From: Thermoplasmatota archaeon | GTDB taxonomy: Archaea > Thermoplasmatota > E2 > JACPAO01 > JAHFTW01 | Reading direction: 5' to 3' | Assembly: GCA_041601615.1 (NCBI GenBank) | Contig: JBFIHX010000011.1 | Coordinates: 11,375-75,374, forward strand | DNA: 64,000 nt | In this document: positions 1 to 9,372 of the stretch, piece after piece | Layout: every line of letters begins with the position of its first letter | Position numbering within the stretch: the first letter of the stretch is position 1 | Notes under the pieces: model-generated | Told to the model about the DNA's origin: nothing | Database searches by the model: none | What the model saw: the letters and a program-made list of their open reading frames with translations, nothing else | Position numbers and translations under genes: made by a program

Positions 1-1
1 G

Positions 2-1150
2 GCAGGCGGCGCCTACGTCTGTACCTGCGAAACCGGCGCCTGGCGCGACCAAAAGAACATGGGCCTGCCCTGCGAACATCGCAGCGCCACCCCCGACGCC
101 GTCGCACCCGAATTCGAAAAGATGCTCGACGGCACCTATGGCCAAGGAGAAGCAGTTCTGCGCGTCAAGACCGACATCCAACACAAGGACCCGGCGCTGC
201 GCGACTGGACCGCCTTCCGCATCGTCGCCGCCGACGCCATCCACCCACGAGAACGAGCCGGCGAAATCGGCCACTTTGGCTGCTGGCCCCTTCTCGACTT
301 CGAAAGCGCCGTGGAAGACCACCTGCAAGGCGTCACCCACATCATCCGCGGCAAGGACCTCATGGACTCCACCCGCAAACAGGGCTTCCTGTACCAACAC
401 ATGGGCTGGGACTACCCCACCACCCTCTACTGGGGTCGCGTATCGGTCCACGAATTTGGCAAATTCAGCACCAGTTGGATGCGCCGCGAAATCGAAGCCG
501 GCCGCTTCGAAGACTGGAACGACCCGCGCCTGCCCACCCTCCTTGCCCTGCGCCGACGCGGCTACCGACCCGACGCCATGCGAGCCTTCTGGGTCGGCCT
601 AGGCCTCACCGAAAAGGACATCGCCATCAGCATGGAGAACCTGGACGCCGAAGACGGCAAACTCCAGGACCCCGAAGCTCCCCGATACTTCTTCGTCCCC
701 GACCCCGAACAACGCACCATCAGCGGAATCGACGGCATGGTCGCCCGCCCGCTCCTGCACCCGCCCGAAGAAGCACGCGGCCGACGCGAACTTCCCGCCG
801 ACGCCACCGTCTGGATTCCCGGCGACGAAGCCGAACACGAACGACTGCGCCTCAAGGACCTCGGAAACGTCCAATGCACCGGCAGCACCGGAGTCTTCAC
901 AGGCGAAGAAATGGACCGCAGCCTACGCATCGTGCAATGGCTCCCCAGCACCCACGCTGTGCCCTACACCGTGCTATGGCCCGAAACGCTACCCGAAGAT
1001 GCCCCCGAAGGAGCAACCCCCGGCCTGCGCCGCATCGAAGGACTCGTGGAACCCGCCGCACTTGCGCACGTGGGCAAAGTAGTCCAATTCGAGCGATTCG
1101 GATTCGTGCGGTTGGAATCGGAGACTGTGGGCATCTGGTTGCACGACTAG
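2..1150 (+). CDS. gltX: Glutamate--tRNA ligase, archaeal type (5' partial)
   Basis: Frame is open from the window edge (AYVCTC...). Motifs WPLLDFESAVEDHLQGVTHIIRGKDL, KFSTS (KMSKS-like), WNDPRLPTL and C-terminal QFERFGFVRLE. Confidence 0.95.
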   Translation, partial: AGGAYVCTCETGAWRDQKNMGLPCEHRSATPDAVAPEFEKMLDGTYGQGEAVLRVKTDIQHKDPALRDWTAFRIVAADAIHPRERAGEIGHFGCWPLLDFESAVEDHLQGVTHIIRGKDLMDSTRKQGFLYQHMGWDYPTTLYWGRVSVHEFGKFSTSWMRREIEAGRFEDWNDPRLPTLLALRRRGYRPDAMRAFWVGLGLTEKDIAISMENLDAEDGKLQDPEAPRYFFVPDPEQRTISGIDGMVARPLLHPPEEARGRRELPADATVWIPGDEAEHERLRLKDLGNVQCTGSTGVFTGEEMDRSLRIVQWLPSTHAVPYTVLWPETLPEDAPEGATPGLRRIEGLVEPAALAHVGKVVQFERFGFVRLESETVGIWLHD

Positions 1151-1269
1151 CACCCACAAACGAAGCTCCTGCAAAGCCGGCCGCCCCGCTCGAAATTGCG
1201 CCCAATCTACCTAGCGATGAGTGAAAACCGCACTAGAGGGGTTTTCACCACCGGCCCCTCAATCCAATC

Positions 1270-2520
1270 ATGCGCACGCACCTACTGGTGTTCCTTTCCA
1301 TGGCCATCGTGGCCCTATCCGGTTGCTTTGACGGCTCCGATTCCAAACCTGAACCCCTGGACGTTGCACCGGACGTTCCCCTTAGCACCGTCGAAGCCAG
1401 CCAAATCAGCATGAGCCTGCGCTGCGACACGCCGCCCTGTTTCGAAGCATTCCCGGCCGGGTTTGAACCCAATGACTTGCGCACAATCCAAGGCAAAGCA
1501 ATCCTGACCGGAGCCACCACGCAAACCAACGGCGAAAGCTACCCAACGGTCGCCACATGGGACGATGGATGGCACTTCCAAACCCTAGACGTCGGCGAGC
1601 CTTTTCTTCCAGGAGCTAGCCGCATCAATACACGAGCCGTCAGTCCCTACCTCGATGAGGATGGGCGATCGGCGCTGGTCGCGTGGACCTACGAAAGCGC
1701 AGTAATCGGACGCCACACAAATTCCGGACCCGATGAAGAAGCGCTCATCAAGTACGTGTTTGACCAACAGCGCTGGTCCGGTCCAGAATATCTACTGCAA
1801 GTCAACGCAGATGAGTTTCGAATGTTTACCGACAACCAATGGGGATTAAGGTCGGGCATGTCCTGGACCATGTACAACCCCATTTCAGGCGAAACCAATG
1901 GGTTCTTGCTCAACTGTTTGCCCAGATCGGACCGAGTGGACGTGCAGCAAAATCCTCGCGTTGCAATTGCATGCAAGCGAGGCGGGCCCGGTGTTATGGA
2001 ACTTTTTGAGGCAGTCCAAACGCCAAACGGCACCGATCTACAGAAAAAATCGCAGAGTCTCAAATGCGATGGAAGTTATGCCGCAGCCGTCCAGGGTTGG
2101 TGGGCCGCGGGCTCGGATTGCAGGGAGCCGGAATACGGAGAGTTCACGCTTTGGTATTCCCACGGGCAAACGCTACTGGAAGTAGCGAACCTGGAATCTC
2201 CAGGCCAAGTTATGAGCGTGCACGGCGTGTTCGTGGACGATTGGGGGCTCGTGCATGTACTGGGTCGCCGCGCCGGAGAAACCCTGTTGAACAGCAACAC
2301 CGCGTACCACGTTCACAAGGTGTTCCATCCGGATGGAACCCTGGTCTTCGACGGAGACGGTTCATTGGAGCCGTATGTTTTAGGAACTGGACTGCAAGAC
2401 CAGGAGTGGCGCCGCCCCATGTTTGCGCAGCAAGGGGATACCATCCTCATGACCGGAGAGCAAGCTTCATCGGATTTGCCCCTCTCGTATGTGGCCGTGC
2501 ACGTCAAGATCTCGGAGTAG
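1270..2520 (+). CDS. Secreted lipoprotein of unknown function (paralog 1 of 3)
   Basis: Lipobox ALSG-C after a hydrophobic N-terminus. Beta-rich; shares motifs with 4504..5817 and 5863..7194. Confidence 0.75.
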   Translation: MRTHLLVFLSMAIVALSGCFDGSDSKPEPLDVAPDVPLSTVEASQISMSLRCDTPPCFEAFPAGFEPNDLRTIQGKAILTGATTQTNGESYPTVATWDDGWHFQTLDVGEPFLPGASRINTRAVSPYLDEDGRSALVAWTYESAVIGRHTNSGPDEEALIKYVFDQQRWSGPEYLLQVNADEFRMFTDNQWGLRSGMSWTMYNPISGETNGFLLNCLPRSDRVDVQQNPRVAIACKRGGPGVMELFEAVQTPNGTDLQKKSQSLKCDGSYAAAVQGWWAAGSDCREPEYGEFTLWYSHGQTLLEVANLESPGQVMSVHGVFVDDWGLVHVLGRRAGETLLNSNTAYHVHKVFHPDGTLVFDGDGSLEPYVLGTGLQDQEWRRPMFAQQGDTILMTGEQASSDLPLSYVAVHVKISE

Positions 2521-2630
2521 CATCACTCCCCGTTGCTGCCTCGCACGCACCGTGGCCGCGACCCAGCGGGGTCGGGTTGCGTATCCTTCATGCAGTTGTC
2601 TGATGCTGAACGCGGCCGGTCCAAGCCGTC

Positions 2631-3581
2631 CTATTCAGGTCCGCCAAACTCCCTTGCCGCCGCCACCCAGCGCCGGGTGGTTCCGGCCTTGATGTCGTTG
2701 CCTTGGATGCGCACCTTGCGTCCTGCTTCGGCGGATTGGATGGCGGCTACGAGGCCGTCGGGGTCCGTGTGGGCCAGTTGCTCGATGCTGGAGATGCCGG
2801 CGCGCACGAGCACCTCGGCGCTTTGGGGTCCGACGCCCTTGAGTTGCATCAGCTCGGCCATGGCTTGCCATTCGCGCACCAATTCTCCGGTCGCATTCAC
2901 CTGTCGGGCAACGATGGTGGCGTCGGCGCGGCGCAGTTGCGGGATGGTGATGATGCCGTGGGCGTTGAGTCGTGTGGCGTATTTTTCGCCAATGCCTTCG
3001 ATGATCAGGACATGCTGGTCTTCTTCGGCGCGGTCCACGTGAATGAGGGCGCCATTGGTGTTGGTGGCGGCGGGTGTGGCGGCCGGGGCGGCCACGGGGG
3101 CAGCAACACTGGCGGCCCGGTCTGTGTTGGTGGATTGTCCCGGAACAACGGTTTGCACGATTTCACGGCGCAGCAACCAGACGATGCCTGCGGTGGTGAT
3201 GGCGAGCGTCACGGCTGCGATGCCAAGTCCGGCCACGGCGCTTTCGAGCGGGAACACTCCAAGTTCCGTGCCGGTCAGGGCAAATCCGGCAGCCAATAGC
3301 AATCCGATGAAGAGCACGATGAGCAAGGTGCGGAACGGACTGGTCGCGGCCAGTTCATCGGCAGCAAGGCGTCGTTGGTGCAGGCCCAACAGGAGTGTTG
3401 CCTGTGCAAGCGCCAGAGCGGCCATGGTGATGCCTAGACCAGTGATTGCGGCCTCGATTGGAAACCATCCGAACTGCTTGCCTGCTGCAATGACCCAGAC
3501 GGCGACCGCCAGACCCGCTGCAAACAGCGTGAAGAGGAAGGCAGCGGAGGAGCGAGACACGTCGAGTTCAGATTCCGACAT
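2631..3581 (-). CDS. Membrane protein with C-terminal helix-hairpin-helix (DUF4332-like) domain
   Basis: About 4 N-terminal TM helices, then IEGIGEKYATRL...GI and LMQLKGVGPQSAEVLVRAGI HhH motifs. Confidence 0.8.
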   Translation of the reverse strand: MSESELDVSRSSAAFLFTLFAAGLAVAVWVIAAGKQFGWFPIEAAITGLGITMAALALAQATLLLGLHQRRLAADELAATSPFRTLLIVLFIGLLLAAGFALTGTELGVFPLESAVAGLGIAAVTLAITTAGIVWLLRREIVQTVVPGQSTNTDRAASVAAPVAAPAATPAATNTNGALIHVDRAEEDQHVLIIEGIGEKYATRLNAHGIITIPQLRRADATIVARQVNATGELVREWQAMAELMQLKGVGPQSAEVLVRAGISSIEQLAHTDPDGLVAAIQSAEAGRKVRIQGNDIKAGTTRRWVAAAREFGGPE

Positions 3582-3686
3582 AGGAATGAATATCGGGGTG
3601 GGAATGGAAGAAGGTGCCGGCCTCCGTCCGGAGGCAGGATGCTCGGCTCTGTTTTGGCCCCAAGGCTTGCTGGCGGGGTAGCAAAT

Positions 3687-4400
3687 TTAGACGTTCAAAT
3701 CGGAATTGAGTCGCTGTTTTGCTCCCTGCACCCAGCGCGCCGCGTCGGCCTCCGTCAATTGCTCCACGCCAGGCCAGCGGCGTCGAGTGTCGGCGCTCGC
3801 CTGCAGATTGGCCACCACAGCGGCAGGTTTGGCTCGCGCCAGTTCCGCCACGGTCCGCACACCGCCGCGAACGAGGCCACCGGCCGCTTGCGGGGTCACC
3901 CCGCGCACCTGCATGAATCGACCCATCGCCTGCCACTCCTCCACCTTGGCTGCGGGGACTCCGACGGCCGCAGAGACTCGGCCCACGTCGGCTGCAAGCA
4001 ACTGCGGGACGGTGATGATGCCATGGTTGTTGAGGCGGCTGGCAAAGCGCTCGCCAAGGCCGTCCAAGAGAATGACGTGCTGTCCCTCTTCGCTGCGGCT
4101 CAATTGCGCTCGGATCGCCTCATTTTCGGCGCGAAGCTCTCGAAGTTCGCTCAAGGCCTGGCCCACGCGCACCATCAGCACAGCGGTGACGGCGGCAGTG
4201 ACGAAGAGGGCGGCGGCGAGGCCAAAAATCGCCTGCTCCACGCTCAGGATTTCCGGGCCAGTGGCGCCTAGGACCGCGAGGGCGGTGGCGCCGGCAAGCC
4301 CCAAAACAAGAATGAAAGTGAGGCGCAGGAAAGGTGCGCGAAAGTCGGAGGGAGAGGAAGCGGGCATCGTCGTCGACGACAAGGGCCGTTGCTGTGCCAT
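3687..4400 (-). CDS. Membrane protein with HhH (DUF4332-like) domain, tandem paralog of 2631..3581
   Basis: 2 TM helices, a coiled coil, then LDGLGERFASRLNNHGIITVPQL and WQAMGRFMQVRGV. Start uncertain (4400 or 4367). Confidence 0.75.
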   Translation of the reverse strand: MAQQRPLSSTTMPASSPSDFRAPFLRLTFILVLGLAGATALAVLGATGPEILSVEQAIFGLAAALFVTAAVTAVLMVRVGQALSELRELRAENEAIRAQLSRSEEGQHVILLDGLGERFASRLNNHGIITVPQLLAADVGRVSAAVGVPAAKVEEWQAMGRFMQVRGVTPQAAGGLVRGGVRTVAELARAKPAAVVANLQASADTRRRWPGVEQLTEADAARWVQGAKQRLNSDLNV

Positions 4401-4503
4401 ATCCGTTGCGATTCGGTGCGGCAGGGAGTGAAGTGCCCGTCCCAGCTTTCGCACTGGGTCAGTCAGGCGAAACAGTCTTTGTCTAAAACGGAATCAAAAC
4501 ATT

Positions 4504-5817
4504 GTGCGATCATTTCCGATTGTCCTTCTGCTCTTGGTAACCTCGGTAGCAGGATGTCTTTCTTCCGGTGACACGGGCCAAGCTGAGCAGAACACATCTG
4601 GAACCCACCCGGGCTGGCCAGGGTCCAGCATGAGCTTTGACTGCAATGGGAAGGACGAGCCATGCCCTGAGCTGATGCAGGCGTTTGGGGCAAGTTCCCT
4701 AGAAGCTGCCATGGATGGAACCGAGCGCGTGGTATTGGCTGGCCGGAGCAAGGTGGTCAATCCCGTTTTCGTCAACTTGGAGACGGTCGTTGCACAAGTC
4801 CACTGGACGAACGAGGCGGGCGCATGGAGCCAGCGCGACTTGCCCCGGGTGCCGTCGGAGCTTGCCGATCGGAGTCAGCGCATGGTGGGTACGGCCGCCA
4901 TTCTTGGGCCCATGGGGTCCTTGCATGCGGTTTGGCTTGGTGAGGTTCGTTCTCCCTTCATGGAGGGTGCCGCTGATTTGATTGGTCGTTATGTGATGGG
5001 TTATGCCCATGGGCCGACCACCGGAGCTGAGTGGGCCGAGGTGGAGCAAATCGGTTCGGGGAATGACCTCTATTTTCCCGCCATCACCTGGCACGACGGC
5101 GGACCACTGATTGTTTGGTGGAGTCTGGATGGACTGCACGTCGTCCAACGACTCGATGGCGAATGGGATCGCACTGTGCTCGACATCATCTGCACCGACC
5201 CTGCCTTCATCGCCGGCACCGCCGACCCCGTTCTGATTTGCAAGCCCACCCCCGCCAGCAATGAGGCGTCTGCATGGCAGCTTCGCAAGACAGAGGAAGG
5301 CTGGAGCGCCGGTAAGCTCCTGCAACGGGACTGCGAAGACATCGAGGGCCTCCACGACGGCATCGATACCTGGCTGATTGTCTCAGATTGCGAGGGCGAA
5401 GCCCCCCTCTACCGAATCAACGGAACTGGAACCGAGAAGGTGATCGAGGACCTATTTGCCTTGGTGCCCGGGATGCATGACAGCCCCTATCCAGGAATCA
5501 TGGCCGCGACCCGAGACATGGGTGGCTCGTGGCACGTCGTTTTTCGATCCGCCGAGGTCGCCGTCGTCACCAGTTTAGTCCACGCTCCGATCCATGCCGT
5601 TTTCTCGCCTGACTGGGAGCTACAGCGCACATTCCGTCTCACGGATGACTTGGCCGAAACAACCCAAGACCAGTACAACTTCGCCGTCGATACGCGCTTC
5701 CTGCCGGTGGGCAACAAGCTCCTTGGATTCGTGACCATTGACTTGGCCCCTCCTCGCACGAACCTCTACGAGGCGACGATCGAGGTTCTCCCCCTGGCCG
5801 ACGCGCCGAGTGGGTAA
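4504..5817 (+). CDS. Secreted lipoprotein (paralog 2 of 3)
   Basis: Lipobox SVAG-C; SMSFDC...PC motif; GSLHAVW and SWHVVF beta-propeller-like motifs. Confidence 0.75.
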   Translation: MRSFPIVLLLLVTSVAGCLSSGDTGQAEQNTSGTHPGWPGSSMSFDCNGKDEPCPELMQAFGASSLEAAMDGTERVVLAGRSKVVNPVFVNLETVVAQVHWTNEAGAWSQRDLPRVPSELADRSQRMVGTAAILGPMGSLHAVWLGEVRSPFMEGAADLIGRYVMGYAHGPTTGAEWAEVEQIGSGNDLYFPAITWHDGGPLIVWWSLDGLHVVQRLDGEWDRTVLDIICTDPAFIAGTADPVLICKPTPASNEASAWQLRKTEEGWSAGKLLQRDCEDIEGLHDGIDTWLIVSDCEGEAPLYRINGTGTEKVIEDLFALVPGMHDSPYPGIMAATRDMGGSWHVVFRSAEVAVVTSLVHAPIHAVFSPDWELQRTFRLTDDLAETTQDQYNFAVDTRFLPVGNKLLGFVTIDLAPPRTNLYEATIEVLPLADAPSG

Positions 5818-5862
5818 GAACTCGGTCAGAATCGTGATGGGTGGATGCCCTGTGGGCCGCGC

Positions 5863-7194
5863 ATGCGAGCAGCAGCTTGGATTGCACTGATTGTGCTCAG
5901 CACCGGTTTTTCGGGGTGTTTTGATGGTGAGGATGCAAAGCCACAGAATTTGGATGGCGACCGTGGCCCGGCGCGGGACTTTTCCGGCGGAACTGCCGCT
6001 TTCCGCTGCGCAAGTGCCGATGATCCCTGCCGCGAAACTGTCCTGGATCAGAGATTGACCTCGGTGCGGCGATCATTGCAGGATCCAGACCGATTGCTCG
6101 GCGTCTCCAATATCGGCTTGGTCGATGTCACATTCGTTGGATTCTACACGAGGGGCATGAGTTTCTTCCATTCCGAAGACGGCGTCGCATGGCAGGAGCT
6201 TCCTGTACCGAGCGTCCCGCTTGCCACCGGGGAACTGCAATCGCGCATCTTTGGCGTGGATTTGATGCAAGACCCAACCGGTGCCCTGCACGCTTTGTTC
6301 GCCGTCAATGTGGTTCCGGCCTTCATCAAGGGGGAGATCGAACTACCGGAGTCCTATGATTTTCTTGCCTATGCCGTTGCTCCCGATGGTCGAAATTGGC
6401 AACCTGCCAAGCGATTCCTTGACGGTTTGTCGCCGGCCGATCCCACGCTGCATTGGGCAGAAGGAGAAGCTTGGGCAAGTTGGAACGGCAACGACGGCCG
6501 GCACTTTTCCAGCGTGGAACACATCAATTCCGAGGCTCCCCTGGTGAAGGAACGGTGCGTGCGGCCCCGGCCGGTCGAGTACGCGGGACAATTTTTCATT
6601 CCCTGTGATCCCGACGACTGGCCTCGGGATTACAATTTCGTGCGCTTGGCCATCGTCACACCGGACCGTACCGGCTCCTTTGAGGTTGCGAGCGCCATGG
6701 TGCACAAGAACGCGGCTCTCGCCGCTACCGATGAGGGTGTCTGGGCGGTAGATGGCTTTGAGGCGATTCGCTTCAGTTGGTTCAATGGCACAGCCATGGT
6801 GCCGCAGTTCGAGATACCATTCGATGCCGTGGAATCTTTGAGTGTACCCAATTTCCAGGAGGAGGATTTCGAAGTTCTCGCAGCAAGCCAGGATGATGCT
6901 GGGTTGTGGCATGTGTTGGCGGTCGCTAGGCGGCAGGGTGCCACCGCCGAGGCCCCAAGCCAACTATGGCTCGTTTCCCTGACCATCAATCCTGATGGCA
7001 CGCTCCAAAACGACCGGGTCATCGCCGATACGGATGCTACAAGTTTCTTCCATCCAAACTACCCAATCCCTGAGGGTGCGTGGTTGTTCTCCATTGGAAT
7101 GGAAACGGTTGCCATCGAGCGGTATTATGGCCCCCTCCACGGACGAACTGCCAGCTATTGGATTGATACGACGCCCAACCAATCCGAGGCCTAA
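5863..7194 (+). CDS. Secreted lipoprotein (paralog 3 of 3)
   Basis: MRAAAWIALIVLSTGFSG-C lipobox; FRC...PC, GALHALF and GLWHVL motifs; FHSEDGVAW is Asp-box/BNR-like. Confidence 0.75.
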   Translation: MRAAAWIALIVLSTGFSGCFDGEDAKPQNLDGDRGPARDFSGGTAAFRCASADDPCRETVLDQRLTSVRRSLQDPDRLLGVSNIGLVDVTFVGFYTRGMSFFHSEDGVAWQELPVPSVPLATGELQSRIFGVDLMQDPTGALHALFAVNVVPAFIKGEIELPESYDFLAYAVAPDGRNWQPAKRFLDGLSPADPTLHWAEGEAWASWNGNDGRHFSSVEHINSEAPLVKERCVRPRPVEYAGQFFIPCDPDDWPRDYNFVRLAIVTPDRTGSFEVASAMVHKNAALAATDEGVWAVDGFEAIRFSWFNGTAMVPQFEIPFDAVESLSVPNFQEEDFEVLAASQDDAGLWHVLAVARRQGATAEAPSQLWLVSLTINPDGTLQNDRVIADTDATSFFHPNYPIPEGAWLFSIGMETVAIERYYGPLHGRTASYWIDTTPNQSEA

Positions 7195-7260
7195 CGCTCC
7201 CGGGGGCTTGCCCGCGCGTCGGAGCCAATTCCGTCTCGGCGCGCTTCGAAATTGTCCCGT

Positions 7261-8541
7261 TCAGTACGAATCGAGTGTCGTCTTCATCACTTCACGCATG
7301 ACCACGGTGGCGTACGCCCCTCGGCCAAGCGCGAATGAAACGACCGGGTCGCCCTCGACCCACTCCACTTGCAAGTCGGAGACGGGCTGGAGGATGCCTC
7401 GTCGGCGGCCCTTGCTGGCAAGTTCTGGCAACTCGCGGCAGCGGAAGGTCTCGGGGTCCATGTCCAGCTCCGCGAGCACCTTTGCTTCGATGGCGCCCGG
7501 TTCCCCTTCGGCCATTTCCGTGTTCATGCCAATGAGCGGAGCGGTGAGCACGGCACGGTCCCGGTCCAGTTCTTCTTGGATGCGGGCCTGATTCTCGGCC
7601 GTCACGAGGTGGGTTCGTGTGCCATCGTCGTCGCTGGCCATGACGCGGTCGCCGATGTGGGCGGTGCGAAGACCCAGGCCGGCTTCGATGCGAGCGCTCA
7701 GGATGAAGTTGAACGCCCAGGATTGGTGGGCGTGCAAAAAGAGGGTCAGTAGGTTGGCGGGGAGGGCTCGCAGGGCGTAGCGGTAGTCGCCGGGGCTGCG
7801 TGCCAAGCGCTGCAAAATGGCTCGCTCATGGTCCAGTTGCCGGGGGAGCACCGCCAGCGCTGCTTCTGGGTCGCGGGTTTCTTCGTACACTGTGCGGGCA
7901 GCGAAGGTTTCGGGCCACTCGCCCTCAAACGGGCTGCCACAGTACAAGCGCACAGCCTCTTCTAAGTCGCCCACTGCGAGCGCTCGTCCCATGTGGTGCG
8001 TAATGGGGCGCACGCCAGCGCCGAATCGCTGAGGTCCGAAGTGGTTGGGCACGCCGCCTTCTTTGTGTAGGGTCGCAATCGTTGCTGCCACGGCTTCTTG
8101 GTCGCCGTTGTGGCCGCGCACACGCAAGACGAATCGGTTGCCGTCGTGGGCACCGGGGTGCTGGCGCTGATCAGTTTGGCGCGTTTCGAGGACTTTTACG
8201 TCGTCGAGGCGCTCTAGACGCGGCACTCGGTCCACGGGGCACTGGAACGTGAACCATTGCTCGGTCACGGCGCGCTTGTCCTTCATGCCGGCAAACGCCA
8301 CGCGGCCGCGTTGGATGCCAAGTTCGTTCGCGGCTCGGCCGACGAAACGGTTGGTTTCCCATTGGCGCAACTCCACGCGGGCTGCGGCAAACTTGCCTTT
8401 CTCCCACGGGCGCGGGCCGTCGCCTAGCTCAATAACACGAAAATCTTCGGGCTCTGTGCGCAGCTTGCCGCCGATGCCGGGGCTTTGCGACAGGTAGGCA
8501 GACAATCCGATGGCCGCCTCTTCGGGCGGCGGCAGGACCAT
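7261..8541 (-). CDS. truD: tRNA pseudouridine(13) synthase TruD
   Basis: PEDFRVIE, FAGMKDKRAVTEQW, GNRF, PNHFGPQRFG and GAYATVVMRE motifs. Confidence 0.95.
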   Translation of the reverse strand: MVLPPPEEAAIGLSAYLSQSPGIGGKLRTEPEDFRVIELGDGPRPWEKGKFAAARVELRQWETNRFVGRAANELGIQRGRVAFAGMKDKRAVTEQWFTFQCPVDRVPRLERLDDVKVLETRQTDQRQHPGAHDGNRFVLRVRGHNGDQEAVAATIATLHKEGGVPNHFGPQRFGAGVRPITHHMGRALAVGDLEEAVRLYCGSPFEGEWPETFAARTVYEETRDPEAALAVLPRQLDHERAILQRLARSPGDYRYALRALPANLLTLFLHAHQSWAFNFILSARIEAGLGLRTAHIGDRVMASDDDGTRTHLVTAENQARIQEELDRDRAVLTAPLIGMNTEMAEGEPGAIEAKVLAELDMDPETFRCRELPELASKGRRRGILQPVSDLQVEWVEGDPVVSFALGRGAYATVVMREVMKTTLDSY

Positions 8542-8543
8542 GA

Positions 8544-8825
8544 CTAGGCCTTCTTGAGGGCGGCCACGAAGGCGTCCTCGAAGGCGTCGAAGTCGGCCAC
8601 GAGGGACTTCAGGGTGCGCTTGAGCACGGTGACGGGCTTGGCGCCCTTGGTGCGCAGGAACACCTTCGGCACGGACAGAGTCGGGTGCTCGATGATGTAC
8701 TCGGCAAAGTCCACGTCCTTGTCTGCAAGCAGGGCTTGCTTCAGGGGGTTGAGGAGCGTCTCGTTCTCGCCGAGAATCTCCACTTCCAGCTCATTCGCTG
8801 TCTGGGTGAGGACGCGCAATTCCAT
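8544..8825 (-). CDS. rpoL: DNA-directed RNA polymerase subunit Rpo11 (L)
   Basis: 93 aa, MELRVL...GENETLLNPLKQAL...VDFAEYIIEHP. TATA-like GTTGTAAA ~25 nt upstream. Confidence 0.9.
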   Translation of the reverse strand: MELRVLTQTANELEVEILGENETLLNPLKQALLADKDVDFAEYIIEHPTLSVPKVFLRTKGAKPVTVLKRTLKSLVADFDAFEDAFVAALKKA

Positions 8826-8912
8826 GGACGGCGCGGCGACTGATGGCCCCTTTACAACCTTTTGCCGCTGGCGACGCGGAAGGGCTTTGAACAAACTCAT
8901 GTCCGAACCTCC

Positions 8913-9161
8913 ATGGAACTCCGATGGATTCCCGCGCTTCTCCTGCTGGCCGTTACAATTACCCCCAACACGGGCGCCATCCACGACTTATTGCCCTGCG
9001 AAGACATACCGGAAACCTGCGATACCCAGGATTTTCTGATTGATGTCGCCGTGCGCACCTACGAGTACTGCGAGAAGACCGCCGAGAAGGTCGACCGATC
9101 CTGTGACGTGAATGGGGTTGTCCACGCCCACGTGGATGGCAACATTCACATCCACGATTAG
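8913..9161 (+). CDS. Small secreted protein with 4 Cys and a His-rich C-terminus
   Basis: Signal peptide MELRWIPALLLLAVTITPNTGA; ends VHAHVDGNIHIHD. Confidence 0.55.
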   Translation: MELRWIPALLLLAVTITPNTGAIHDLLPCEDIPETCDTQDFLIDVAVRTYEYCEKTAEKVDRSCDVNGVVHAHVDGNIHIHD

Positions 9162-9372
9162 GCGACGATTGTTGCGCTAGATATTCACCCTCGTCCCTTT
9201 TTTCCTTTGCTAATTTCTCGGGTTGAAACTTTTATTCACGCCCCGAAAATGGAGTCGTGGGCTAAAAGCCAGCGACAAGAGTTTCCAAGTTGTCGATTAT
9301 GGGCAATGATGTTGCAATGATGAGTTGACTGTCGGGGCAAAAGTATTCATATGCAGTAGCAGGGGTCCAAGT

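Noticed and set aside
7189-7266. Possible attC after the lipoprotein gene (stop inside GCCTAAC)
   Set aside because: No complementary L''/L' boxes, and the distal GTTCAGT does not fit GTTRRRY; probably a hairpin between convergent genes.
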